Below, one piece after another: positions 37,141 through 46,800 of a DNA stretch of 64,000 bases. Positions within the stretch are counted from its first letter, which is position 1. Each line of letters begins with the position of its first letter. The DNA is taken from IMG/VR virus record IMGVR_UViG_3300042516_003202, one strand, 5' to 3'. The notes beneath the pieces were generated by a model that was given only the letters and a program-made list of their open reading frames with translations, was not told where the DNA came from and did not search any database. The translations under genes were made by a program, and so were the position numbers. This DNA is from a virus.

Positions 37141-37614
37141 TTAATAAGTATAAGATTTCCATTCTTGAATATTAGAGTTATTCAAAACAAACTGCATTTT
37201 ATTTAATGGAGCCTTTGGTTTTTTTCTTAACTTCATCCCAGTTTGCTCTAATAACGTATTACCTTTTTTTGTGTTACAAGAACAACAAGCAACCACAAGA
37301 TTTTCCCAAGTATCTTGTCCACCACGACATTTTGGAATTACATGATCTATAGTTAGATTGTGTGTAGATCCACAATATTGGCAAGAATTATTATCACGCT
37401 TATAAATCATCGTTTTAGATGGCCTATGTGACATAATTTTAGAAAGAGGAACCTTTACATAATCTAACAATCTAATTACTTGGGTTGAAAGAATTTGTGC
37501 TTTTTCTTTAAGTAATAAAACAATTGCTCTTTTCCAACTCGTGATGTTAAGAGGTTCATAACTGGAATTTAAAACTAAAACAGATCTTCCAGGTTGAATT
37601 TTTAAGTAGTCCAT
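37141..37614 (-). CDS. HNH endonuclease
   Basis: VLVLNSSYEP; RDNNSCQYCG..TIDHVIP..RGG..WENLVVAC..CNTKKGN. Confidence 0.92.
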   Translation of the reverse strand: MDYLKIQPGRSVLVLNSSYEPLNITSWKRAIVLLLKEKAQILSTQVIRLLDYVKVPLSKIMSHRPSKTMIYKRDNNSCQYCGSTHNLTIDHVIPKCRGGQDTWENLVVACCSCNTKKGNTLLEQTGMKLRKKPKAPLNKMQFVLNNSNIQEWKSYTY

Positions 37615-37618
37615 CGGA

Positions 37619-38008
37619 TTAGTCAGGCTCTACACTTTTATCTATAAATTTATCTAAAGCATCTAAATCGTCTTTAAGTTCTTGCTCTCTTTTCTTGTCA
37701 TGGTAATAAGACCAAAGTGCATTATGAACATCCATAAGATGATCAACCCAGAAACCCGTAGGATAAATGCCAAGAGCATCTTGAAGTCCACGGTGAGAGG
37801 TTCCTTCACTTTCTGCCTTACACATGATGTATGTGATTGCTTCTACCATATCAACCTTGTCTTCTTCAGAAAGCATAAAATACTTTCCCACAGCACGTTG
37901 CCTTGCCTCTTCATTTGCCTTCTGAAGTTCTTTACAAGCATCAGAATTCCACCACTCTTGGAGTGCTTTGCCAAGATCGTTAGGTTGCTTTTCAGTCATT
38001 ACCTTCAC
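37619..38008 (-). CDS. Hypothetical protein
   Basis: ORF track. Confidence 0.8.
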   Translation of the reverse strand: MKVMTEKQPNDLGKALQEWWNSDACKELQKANEEARQRAVGKYFMLSEEDKVDMVEAITYIMCKAESEGTSHRGLQDALGIYPTGFWVDHLMDVHNALWSYYHDKKREQELKDDLDALDKFIDKSVEPD

Positions 38009-38091
38009 TTTTACCTACAATATATCCTAGCACAAGACCACACATAAAAGCAACAAATAAGTAAAGTTCATGAGATACAAATTGTATCAAG

Positions 38092-38412
38092 TCAATCACG
38101 TTGTCTCCAATCTTCTGGTTTTTCTTCTGTGAAAAAATCAACAATCTCATCTACACTGTTAAATCTAGAAATTCCTTTTCTTTCATGTCCTATTCCACCA
38201 ATGTCAAGTTGATTTAAAAAATCATCTAAATCTCCTTCTTGCATATTAGGATTTTCTGCTTTTCGGCGTGCTTGGCGAAGAATTGTGGCAGCGGAACGAT
38301 TTACTTTTGCTAATTTTTCCGCCCAAATCATATCTCCTAAAGAAACCTCTTCATGCTTGACAATCTTTTGGCAGATTTCTTCAAGACGAAGACGATATTG
38401 TGTAGAGAGCAT
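38092..38412 (-). CDS. Conserved cyanophage hypothetical protein
   Basis: MLSTQYRLRLEEICQKI..ends PEDWRQRD; ATAAATA box upstream. Confidence 0.85.
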   Translation of the reverse strand: MLSTQYRLRLEEICQKIVKHEEVSLGDMIWAEKLAKVNRSAATILRQARRKAENPNMQEGDLDDFLNQLDIGGIGHERKGISRFNSVDEIVDFFTEEKPEDWRQRD

Positions 38413-38435
38413 AATTTACTCCAAGTATGGTTTAT

Positions 38436-38972
38436 TTATTTTACATCAATGTTTAGAGATAATATTTTTCTACTAATATTACTCTTGTTTTGATGTGTGT
38501 AATGCAAAATAGATGATGGAAAAAATATCATAGTTCCAGATTCAACATCTTCTGGTGAAAATTCAGAATAAATTCCAGTTAGAGGATCAACAAATGGAGA
38601 AATAAAAACAGTTGGAGTATGAACTTCAGAATCAAATTCCAAATAACAAACTGAACTTACAGTTCCTATCCCATGATTGTGAGCACCATGAAACATATAT
38701 TTTTTTTCTTCTTGAAACCATGAGTGAACAACCTCACAGTAATTAAATCCAAAATTTTCTTTTAAGGTATTAATTTCAGTTTCTAATAAAGATTGAATTT
38801 TTTTATTTCTTTGAGATGAAGCATAATCATATGAACTCATTACGGTTATGTAATATTCTAAATTTTCACCTTCAGCGTCCATCATATCGTTTAGTATTTC
38901 TTTTTTTACATCCCAATTATCAACTTTAAGTTGTAAATATGGGATTTGAAACATGTTTTCAATTTTTATCAT
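38436..38972 (-). CDS. 2OG-Fe(II) oxygenase-like protein
   Basis: SWF..HGAHNHG..SSVCYL..IFFPSSILH..RKILSLN. Confidence 0.8.
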   Translation of the reverse strand: MIKIENMFQIPYLQLKVDNWDVKKEILNDMMDAEGENLEYYITVMSSYDYASSQRNKKIQSLLETEINTLKENFGFNYCEVVHSWFQEEKKYMFHGAHNHGIGTVSSVCYLEFDSEVHTPTVFISPFVDPLTGIYSEFSPEDVESGTMIFFPSSILHYTHQNKSNISRKILSLNIDVK

Positions 38973-39201
38973 TATTGTTTATCTCTTTTTCAAATTCTTT
39001 AGCGAGTTTATAAGCTCGTCTCCACATCATCCATTTTACTACAGGATTTGCTGGATTGTGTAGAATCCACCACTTGGTTTTTTCATATTGAACTCTTGCA
39101 AGTTGAGTAAGCATATAAAATGCCCTCGCTACGGAATTGTCTGTAACTATAAGATACGCAGCAATTGCAAAGAGAGCAAACCAAATGTAGTATAAATTCA
39201 T
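38959..39201 (-). CDS. Small membrane protein
   Basis: ORF track; N-terminal TM. Confidence 0.75.
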   Translation of the reverse strand: MNLYYIWFALFAIAAYLIVTDNSVARAFYMLTQLARVQYEKTKWWILHNPANPVVKWMMWRRAYKLAKEFEKEINNNDKN

Positions 39202-39374
39202 TTTCTGATTGTTTTAAGGTATTCTATTACATGCTCACGAACCTGCATGAGTTCGTTATAGCATTTTTGGTTGTGAGCACACTGACGAAGTTCGTGATCT
39301 GGTTTGTGAACACTTTCTATAAAGAGATCAAGACCACGATTCCATTTGTCAATTTGCGATTCATTTTCTGACAT
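39198..39374 (-). CDS. Small hypothetical protein (58 aa)
   Basis: Hand translation MSENESQIDKWNRGLDLFIESVHKPDHELRQCAHNQKCYNEL... Confidence 0.75.
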   Translation of the reverse strand: MSENESQIDKWNRGLDLFIESVHKPDHELRQCAHNQKCYNELMQVREHVIEYLKTIRK

Positions 39375-39559
39375 TTGGTTTAATAATCAAAGGACAAGAA
39401 GGAACTACTTTTTTAAGTTCCCAAAGAATTTCTGTTTTTTGTTCAGATGTCAATAGTTTAACATTCACTAACCTATTGGCAATCATAGCAATATCAGAAC
39501 AAGATAAAATGGTCGTGAGAAACAAAGGAATCATGAGTTTCTCCCCATATTGAAATTAT

Positions 39560-39778
39560 TTATTGGGCAAATCCACCACCCTTTACTTTTTCTTTACTTT
39601 TCTTTTTATCCTTTACGATTATAAGATCTAAAAAATCGGGAACACGACTGTGCTCGAACCAATACCTCTGTGCGTCCTCCCAATGATCAAAAAATCTGTT
39701 TTTACCACTTTTCAGAACAACTTCATAGGTGTGTCTATCATAAAGAGCATCAGATGTACAAGTAAAGAGTTGAGTCAT
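39560..39778 (-). CDS. Hypothetical protein
   Basis: ORF track. Confidence 0.75.
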   Translation of the reverse strand: MTQLFTCTSDALYDRHTYEVVLKSGKNRFFDHWEDAQRYWFEHSRVPDFLDLIIVKDKKKSKEKVKGGGFAQ

Positions 39779-40008
39779 AGAAATTGATCCAGAGGTCCTT
39801 TAGTGTTTCTTTTAAGTGCTTTTGATTCTTTTTCAATATAAGATACTGCAGTTTTGTAGTTGTTTGCAGTATGCACTTGCTGCCCCTTGTAGACAATAAT
39901 GAACTTTTTCCCCCAAGGAATTGCTGCCCACTCCATGTTTTTGGTTACATATCCGTTTGGACTTCCTGGAGTGGGATCTAGAATGCCTTCGTTTTGAACG
40001 TTAGACAT
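39775..40008 (-). CDS. Hypothetical protein
   Basis: ORF track. Confidence 0.75.
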   Translation of the reverse strand: MSNVQNEGILDPTPGSPNGYVTKNMEWAAIPWGKKFIIVYKGQQVHTANNYKTAVSYIEKESKALKRNTKGPLDQFL

Positions 40009-40148
40009 CAGAATTTAACGGTCACACTAACAACCTTTGCCTTAGGGTTGCGAGCAAGAGCAGTTTCACGAGCATCTTGTGGATTGGATGCCTGAACCTC
40101 TTCATTAAAGATTTTACCGGCGACATAAAGTTGAACAACGTACTTCAT
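40008..40148 (-). CDS. Small hypothetical protein (46 aa)
   Basis: Hand translation MKYVVQLYVAGKIFNEEVQASNPQDARETALARNPKAKVV... Confidence 0.75.
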   Translation of the reverse strand: MKYVVQLYVAGKIFNEEVQASNPQDARETALARNPKAKVVSVTVKF

Positions 40149-40183
40149 TTGAAAATTTCCTTTGTGAATTGAATAGAAAGAAA

Positions 40184-41467
40184 TCAGCGTCGGATGACGC
40201 TAACGGCAACATCACCTTTTACAAAGATGGTGTCAACCACGTTTTGTACTGCCCGTGCAGTAGCGCCAGATGCCTTGTCAAAGGTGGGGCAGATCACCAG
40301 TCCATAGGATTTGGTGTATGCCTCCAGATTGCCCGCCTGGAGCGCCCCAGAGCGGATTCCAGCGGCATCCTGGGGGTGTAGGCGCAGAGTACGCCCAACC
40401 GTCTGTCCGATCCCCACAACATCCATAGAGCGCATGAATACTACTGCCTCCAGAGCAGAGATGTTGATGCCTTCTGCCAGAATGCTGTGGTGCAGAACCA
40501 CAAACTTCTTATCGGCATCCTTACCCCACTTGTTGATGGTGTCAAAGAAAACCTCACGGTTCACTTGCTGCCCATCAATAAAGGCACCATGCTTGGAAGT
40601 AATGTGCATCACAGAGTAACCCTGCTCTGCCAATTGATCTGCAAAATCAGTTTCAGAAAGCAAACCGATAATGTGCTTGGTTGCTTTGGCACAGATCAGG
40701 ATCTTGTTGACAGGGTGATCTGCAATCGTTTGAAGCAGATACTCGCAATCACGTTGAGCAATATCCTCACCCTTGATGGAGAGGCGCATCTCCTTCATCA
40801 TCACCTTGGGAGGGATGATGTAACCACCTTCTACCAGTTGAGGAGCAGGAACCTTGGCGATGATCTGCCCGTAGACATCAACATCGTTCATGCCAGGTTT
40901 GCCAACCACAGAAGAGTACTTGGGAGTGGCAGTAAAGAAGTAGCAACGCTTTGCCTCTGAAGAGAAATGCTCTACAGCAGGAAAGAAGTGCCGCTTTACA
41001 GAGTTGTGTGCCTCGTCAAAGTAGATCGTATCTACAGCAATATCTGCCTTGGCAAGTTGCTGCAGAGAGTTGTAGGTGGTGAAGATCAGTTTGTGACCCT
41101 CAACATTCTCACACCAGGCACGAATCATGTTCGGGCGAGTGCTGCTGAAGTGATGAGTTTCACCTGTGTGAATGTGCATCACATGAGCATTTGTGATAAA
41201 CTCAAGATACTCACTGGACAACTGCTCTGCCAGAAGGATGCGGGGTGCCACCACTACGATGGTTTGAGGAGTCTCTTTGAGAAACTCCCGAATAGCATCA
41301 AAAATACCAACGTTGGTTTTACCACCGCCAGTAGGGAAAACACAGATGCCCTTGGCAACCTGGCGCAGGGCATCAAGAGCAATCTGTTGATGAGGGCGAA
41401 GTTGGAACAAGGTCTCCGTTGCGTATGGGACTATTATAGCAGAAAGGGGTCCCCGAAGGAACCCCAT
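40184..41467 (-). CDS. Superfamily 2 (DEAH) helicase, Res-like
   Basis: RPHQ, PTGGGKT, DEAH, FTATP, LAEGINI, VGRTLR; the true start lies downstream of the -10 at 41433. Confidence 0.9.
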   Translation of the reverse strand: MGFLRGPLSAIIVPYATETLFQLRPHQQIALDALRQVAKGICVFPTGGGKTNVGIFDAIREFLKETPQTIVVVAPRILLAEQLSSEYLEFITNAHVMHIHTGETHHFSSTRPNMIRAWCENVEGHKLIFTTYNSLQQLAKADIAVDTIYFDEAHNSVKRHFFPAVEHFSSEAKRCYFFTATPKYSSVVGKPGMNDVDVYGQIIAKVPAPQLVEGGYIIPPKVMMKEMRLSIKGEDIAQRDCEYLLQTIADHPVNKILICAKATKHIIGLLSETDFADQLAEQGYSVMHITSKHGAFIDGQQVNREVFFDTINKWGKDADKKFVVLHHSILAEGINISALEAVVFMRSMDVVGIGQTVGRTLRLHPQDAAGIRSGALQAGNLEAYTKSYGLVICPTFDKASGATARAVQNVVDTIFVKGDVAVSVIRR

Positions 41468-41489
41468 GTGCCAGTTATGAAATTGGTCT
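41433..41489 (-). promoter_or_regulatory. Palindrome/hairpin/sigma70 cassette
   Basis: GTGCCAGTT-ATGA-AATTGGTCT at 41468; minus-strand GGGGTTCC-TTCG-GGGACCCC-TTTC hairpin; TATAAT at 29 bp. Confidence 0.8.
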
Positions 41490-41491
41490 AA

Positions 41492-42805
41492 TCACTGAAA
41501 CTCATTGTGCTGCTCAATCATGTTTGCTTGTGGCAACCATTTGAAGTCAATAGGCTTCAAAGTTCCCTCATCATGTGCTTTGAGAACACGACGATAGTGT
41601 TTGAGCATACGCTTACGTTCACCTTCCATCAACACTCGGAGTTCATCAATGTTGTTTTCTGTAGGAGTAATACTAACACCCTGACCCTGCTCCAAGAAAG
41701 AATAAGCAGTATAGTTGTTGTTAGGATACTCAAGCTGCTTTTCAAAGATGAAATACCACTTACGGTAGTGATCTGGTTTACGCCCCCAACCAACAGCAAA
41801 AGAAGTTTGAGTTTCGTTCATAGAACTAATACGCTCACCGCAAACACCATTGATGCTAAAAACATCTTTCAAAGTTTTTTGTGCTTTTGAAATGTCGTAT
41901 GGTTCAATAGATACTTTGACACCTTCTTCGCCAAGAATTTCAGCAGCAAAAATCCTTCGGTTGTTTTTGCGAACTTCTTTGTATCGGGTTTTCAGTACAT
42001 CAATCACAACGTCAATGTCTTTTGCAATTTTTCCGTATTGAAAACCTTTTTGGATCATGTACTTTACATCATCCTCTGTACAATCATTCTTTTTTTCCCT
42101 GTTGGGAGCATTGGCGATTGCACCATATTGAAGAAGAGAATATTCATCTTCACCAGAAATGATGGCACACGGAAAATACTTCCAAGGAAGTTCAAAGCGA
42201 TTGTTGCCATCACGAACAATGTACTTAAAAGTAAATTCAGAACCATCTTCGTCAACATAATGAATTGGTTCAGAAAGAACTGATACTGCAGGTTGATAAC
42301 AGCGATAATCGTATTCGCCATCAGCAACTTCTTCAGTGATCTGGTCAATTGTTTGCTGAAAAAGTGCCTGACCAACACGAGTTTGGCATTCAATGTTAAG
42401 TTTTCGAGCAATGCTGTGAGACATTACTTCATCTTTGTGAAGAATTGCCCATTTTTCAAAGGTAATTCCAGGAGATTTGTCATAATATCGCCCGTGCTTT
42501 TCCAACTCTTCCAAATCAAAGATATTTTGGTTTGGATCAATGTATCCTTTAGTTTCAATCAAACAATATGTACCTTCAAGATCCATAGAGTCCCTACAGA
42601 ACATCCGTAAAAGTTGATCTGCCTCAAGTCGTTGAATTGCTGCACGAACAGTTGATCGCTCATCAACTACCTCATTGTAAATTTCATCAATCCTGTTTTG
42701 AACAAGAACTAAATCATAAATTTCTTGAAGAGTAAAAACAACTCCAGGAACAAAATTTTCGCGGAGAGTAAGTAGAACGTGTTCTTTGGTTGAAATCATA
42801 ATCAA
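41492..42805 (-). CDS. Winged-helix plus ParB/Srx-like domain protein
   Basis: N-term FTLQEIY...TVRAAIQRL...LL.MF...GTY; central VRDGNNRF (DGxxR-type motif). Confidence 0.5.
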   Translation of the reverse strand: MIMISTKEHVLLTLRENFVPGVVFTLQEIYDLVLVQNRIDEIYNEVVDERSTVRAAIQRLEADQLLRMFCRDSMDLEGTYCLIETKGYIDPNQNIFDLEELEKHGRYYDKSPGITFEKWAILHKDEVMSHSIARKLNIECQTRVGQALFQQTIDQITEEVADGEYDYRCYQPAVSVLSEPIHYVDEDGSEFTFKYIVRDGNNRFELPWKYFPCAIISGEDEYSLLQYGAIANAPNREKKNDCTEDDVKYMIQKGFQYGKIAKDIDVVIDVLKTRYKEVRKNNRRIFAAEILGEEGVKVSIEPYDISKAQKTLKDVFSINGVCGERISSMNETQTSFAVGWGRKPDHYRKWYFIFEKQLEYPNNNYTAYSFLEQGQGVSITPTENNIDELRVLMEGERKRMLKHYRRVLKAHDEGTLKPIDFKWLPQANMIEQHNEFQ

Positions 42806-42821
42806 TTTCGTTTACCTGCTT

Positions 42822-42850
42822 AATGTACGATGAATTCACCGCCATGTCAA
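42822..42850 (-). promoter_or_regulatory. sigma70 promoter
   Basis: TTGACA-17-TACATT. Confidence 0.7.
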
Positions 42851-42862
42851 CCCCCCAACCCA

Positions 42863-43264
42863 TTAGAAAAACTTTTCAATACCGATAAGTTCCCCAAATG
42901 AGTAGTCATACTCCAAGGCATCCGCACACACGTAATGGGGGTGGTCTACAGGAACACCAAGACGAGAGCACAATTCCTTATGATTATCTTCCATCATTTC
43001 AACGGCATAGATCATATGATTCAAAACATGTTCTTCTGTATGATATTCACAAAGCCGATTCTTAAGAGCAATCAAAAAATTACCACATCCAGCAGAATTA
43101 TCAATAAAAGTACTGTTCGGATCTTTTAGTATATCAACAGAAATATCATCAATCATACTCTCAACTAGATCCATAGGAGTAAAGACTTCTTGAGTTTCTT
43201 TAATCCTTTCATCAGATCTTTCAATCTCAGATCCAGTTTCAATATTATGCTTGTTCTTTTTCAT
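42863..43264 (-). CDS. N6-adenine DNA methyltransferase, SAM-binding half (motifs X, I-III)
   Basis: EVFTP, FIDNSAGCGNFL, YAVE, CADAL; lacks NPPY. Confidence 0.85.
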   Translation of the reverse strand: MKKNKHNIETGSEIERSDERIKETQEVFTPMDLVESMIDDISVDILKDPNSTFIDNSAGCGNFLIALKNRLCEYHTEEHVLNHMIYAVEMMEDNHKELCSRLGVPVDHPHYVCADALEYDYSFGELIGIEKFF

Positions 43265-43835
43265 TCTTCTCTTTCAAACAATTAGTATAAGTTGAAATTA
43301 GATCGTTTTTACCGAAATGCCTTCTACCATTACAACTAGAAGCAACCTCTCTAAATCTCGTAGCAAATTCTAACAGATTTTCTATCACACTAGAATCTCT
43401 AACCTTTAGAAAATGATGTCCTTTAGCGTAATGTGTAAAGTTTTCTGTTTTAACTCTACCACTGGGTCCAGAACCATATTCACCTACAAAAACATCTGCC
43501 TCAAATCTCCTCTCATAAGGAAGAAATTCAAAGTCAGGATGTTCCCTCATCATAGGAATTTCACCTACACCAATTTGAAATCTTGATGTATTTCTAACTT
43601 CCCAGTATTGTTTAACAGCACTAATACCATTTGGGAAAGTAGAAGGATCTAGATCATCATCTACAACACAGTGAAGGTGTGCCTTAATCTTATTTAAAGA
43701 TGATGGTTTACGAACTGATGTAGGTAAGACTGCACGAATATCATCAGTGATCTCGGCAGTCTTATTAAGAAATTTTATAGCAAGGTTTCCACCCACCCCA
43801 TAAGGTGGATTAATAATAGCTAAAGTAAACTTCAT
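43245..43835 (-). CDS. N6-adenine DNA methyltransferase, catalytic/TRD half (motif IV onward)
   Basis: AIINPPYG..AIKFLNK..AVLPTS; lacks motif I. Confidence 0.85.
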   Translation of the reverse strand: MKFTLAIINPPYGVGGNLAIKFLNKTAEITDDIRAVLPTSVRKPSSLNKIKAHLHCVVDDDLDPSTFPNGISAVKQYWEVRNTSRFQIGVGEIPMMREHPDFEFLPYERRFEADVFVGEYGSGPSGRVKTENFTHYAKGHHFLKVRDSSVIENLLEFATRFREVASSCNGRRHFGKNDLISTYTNCLKEKNEKEQA

Positions 43836-43861
43836 ACATGTCCTTCAAACCTAGCAAAGGT

Positions 43862-43890
43862 ATTCTACTGGGATTTGAGGTTCTTGTCAA
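43862..43890 (-). promoter_or_regulatory. sigma70 promoter for the MTase pair
   Basis: TTGACA-17-TAGAAT. Confidence 0.7.
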
Positions 43891-43893
43891 GAC

Positions 43894-46800
43894 CTAGTAC
43901 ATATCATACCAAGTAGTTCCATTGTACATTTGGTGTTTATTTACCGTAGTGTTAAATATGAAAGCTCCGGGACGAGTATGTAATCCTACTCTTTGATCAG
44001 AAGTTATTCCTGGTGGAAGCATAAATGCATATTTTGCAGATTCTCCAGTAGATCCTATGCCAACTCCAGCATAGAAAAAGTCAGCTTTACACGTAGGTTC
44101 ATCAGTTCCTATACCAATAGAACCAGAAGAATCAATTTCAATAGTTGATTCATCTACTATACGTATAGAACCTCCGGAAACGACTTGACCCGATTGGTAT
44201 AAAACTATTCCACCATTTCCAACATCATTAGTATTAACTCCAACAGCAATTGCTGGACTAATAATTCCTCCAGCAAGTCCTCCTCCTTGTGTTATAATAT
44301 GTATTGATGCGTTTGGTGAGGTTGTCCCAATTCCAATACCAGATGCTTCTGTTATACTAACAATACCAGTAATAGATAGTTCGTTAAATGTTGATATTCC
44401 AACTTCGGTGAATACATTTCCGTTTAATTGGGTTCCTTCCGCGAGTCTAAGGGTTGTAATTCCAGTAATAACTGTATTCCCATTAACTCTTAAATTACTA
44501 AATGTGGATACTCCTGATGCAAATAATCCATTACCAACATATAAATCTCGAGAAATTGTTACTCCAGTGCCAGTTGCTCCAATTTTTCCATTTACATATA
44601 AATCATTTCCAATATAGGTATCTGAAGTAATTGTGGATGTTCCAACAACATGCAAATTATGCTGCGGTTCATCTTGATTAATTCCCAGTTTTCCATCATA
44701 AGTTAAAGTCATTATCTCGTTACTGAGATAACTATTATTCCATTTAAATGAACCAGTATTAATACCAGCAACTCCACCACTATGAAGATTAAAATTAAAA
44801 CTTCCTACAGTTCTATTTTCAAAAGTAAAATCAGATCCACCAAAAATTAAACGTCCTTGATTAGATAAACTTGAGAGTATTAATGAAGAATTAGAAGTCT
44901 TAGAATCTATTTTAATAGAAACTGTTGATTGATCAACAACTTCCAATTTACTGGATAAAGATGTTGTAGTTCCAATACCAACGTAACTAGAATCAACATA
45001 TAAAGGTCCAGAATATATTTCATTATCAACTATAAGTTGATCTGATATTCTAACTAAACTGGATGTAGATTGTAATATTAATTCTCCTGCGGCGGTATCA
45101 ATTATATTACCACTACCAGAAACTCCTAATCTAATTTTATTAAAATATGCAGATCCAAAAGCTTTTGAAGAACTACCTACTGATCCATTATTATTGGAGA
45201 TTGGTAAAATAGCAGATCCGACAGTTGCTATACCAATTATATTTAAATTATTTGATTCTAAATTACTATTTACAAATAAAGAATTTGTTACAGTTACAAT
45301 ACCAGAAGAAGATGTTAATTGTAATGTATTAGAATTTCTAGTCCCTATTGAATTTGTTCCGGCAACACCTATTGTAACCTCATTAATGTATGCGTTTTCG
45401 AATGCTGTTGCAGCATATCCAATAGATGATCCTTTATCGGAATCTGGAGAAATATTAATATTTACTATAGAATAATCACTATAAAGATTGGGTGCAGTTA
45501 ATATACCAGAAACATTTAAATTACGCTCAGAAATTAAATCTTTAGAAACTAATACTCTTCCAGTAATTGAGTCTAATGTAAGATTTCCAGATCTAGTGCT
45601 TATAATTCCGGCACCAAATGCTCCAATATTAATATTTGCAATATGGGCATTTGCAAATGAAGTTCCAGCAGATCCTAAGTATGATCCACCATCACTATCT
45701 GGAACAACTGAATCATTGATGATAAGATCAGTTAGTGTAGAGATGCCAGTTACTGATAAATTCCTGTTTACAATAAAGTCTTTTACGACAGATACTTTTC
45801 CAGTATTTGAATCAAGACTTAAATCACCAGATCTCGTACTTACAATTCCTGCAGCGTTTGCGACTCCAATTTGAACTTCATCAATATAAGCTTCTGCCAA
45901 TGATTTAGAACTGGAACCCAAATATCCACTATTATCGTTCGTTGGAATAATACCTGTAGTAATATTAACAAGACCAGATAATGTAGAAATTCCAGTTACC
46001 GAAACATTTCTATTTACGATAAAGTCTTTTACGACAGATACTTTTCCAGTATTGGCATCAAGACTTAAATCACCAGATCTTGTGCTGACAATACCAGCAG
46101 CATTTGTGACTCCAATTTGAACTTCATCAATATATGCTTCGGCAAATGATTTTGTAGAAGACCCTAGATAACCATTATTATCATTTGACGGGATAATTCC
46201 GGTAGTTATATTGACAAGACCAGATAAAGTAGAAATACCAGTTACTGAAAGATTTTGCCCTATGCTAAAATCTCTTACAACAGATACTCTTCTGCTGTTA
46301 GCATCAAGACTTAAATCACCAGATCTTGTACTAACAATACCAGCAGCATTTGCAACACCAATTTGGACTTCATCAATATATGCTTCGGCAAATGATTTTG
46401 TAGAAGATCCTAAACTTGCAGAAAGATCAGTGTTTGGATTTAAACTTCCACTAATATTAATTGAACTGTTAAAGGTAGAAATACCACTAAATGTAGAGTT
46501 TCTAGATACTGAAAGATCTTTAGAAATTGAAACAGTTCCAGTATTTGAATCAAGACTTAAAGCTCCAGATCTTGTACTTACAATTCCTGCGGCGTTTGCA
46601 ACTCCAATTTGGACTTCATCAATATACGCTTCAGCAAATGATTTTGCAGAAGATCCTAGATAACCACTATTATTAGAATCTGGAACTATACCAGTTGCAG
46701 ATGTTACTATGCCTGCTAGATAAGAATTGCCAGAAACATAAAGATTATTTGATACTTCTATTTTTGTTCCTGCAGAACCTAAAAATAAATCTCCAGAATT

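Noticed and set aside
42863-43835. MTase pseudogene or sequencing frameshift
   Set aside because: Motif IV ORF precedes the motif I ORF, so fusing them would not restore the gamma-class order
45650-46660. Diversity-generating retroelement TR/VR pair
   Set aside because: Repeat differences are mostly synonymous and not adenine-specific; no reverse transcriptase in the window
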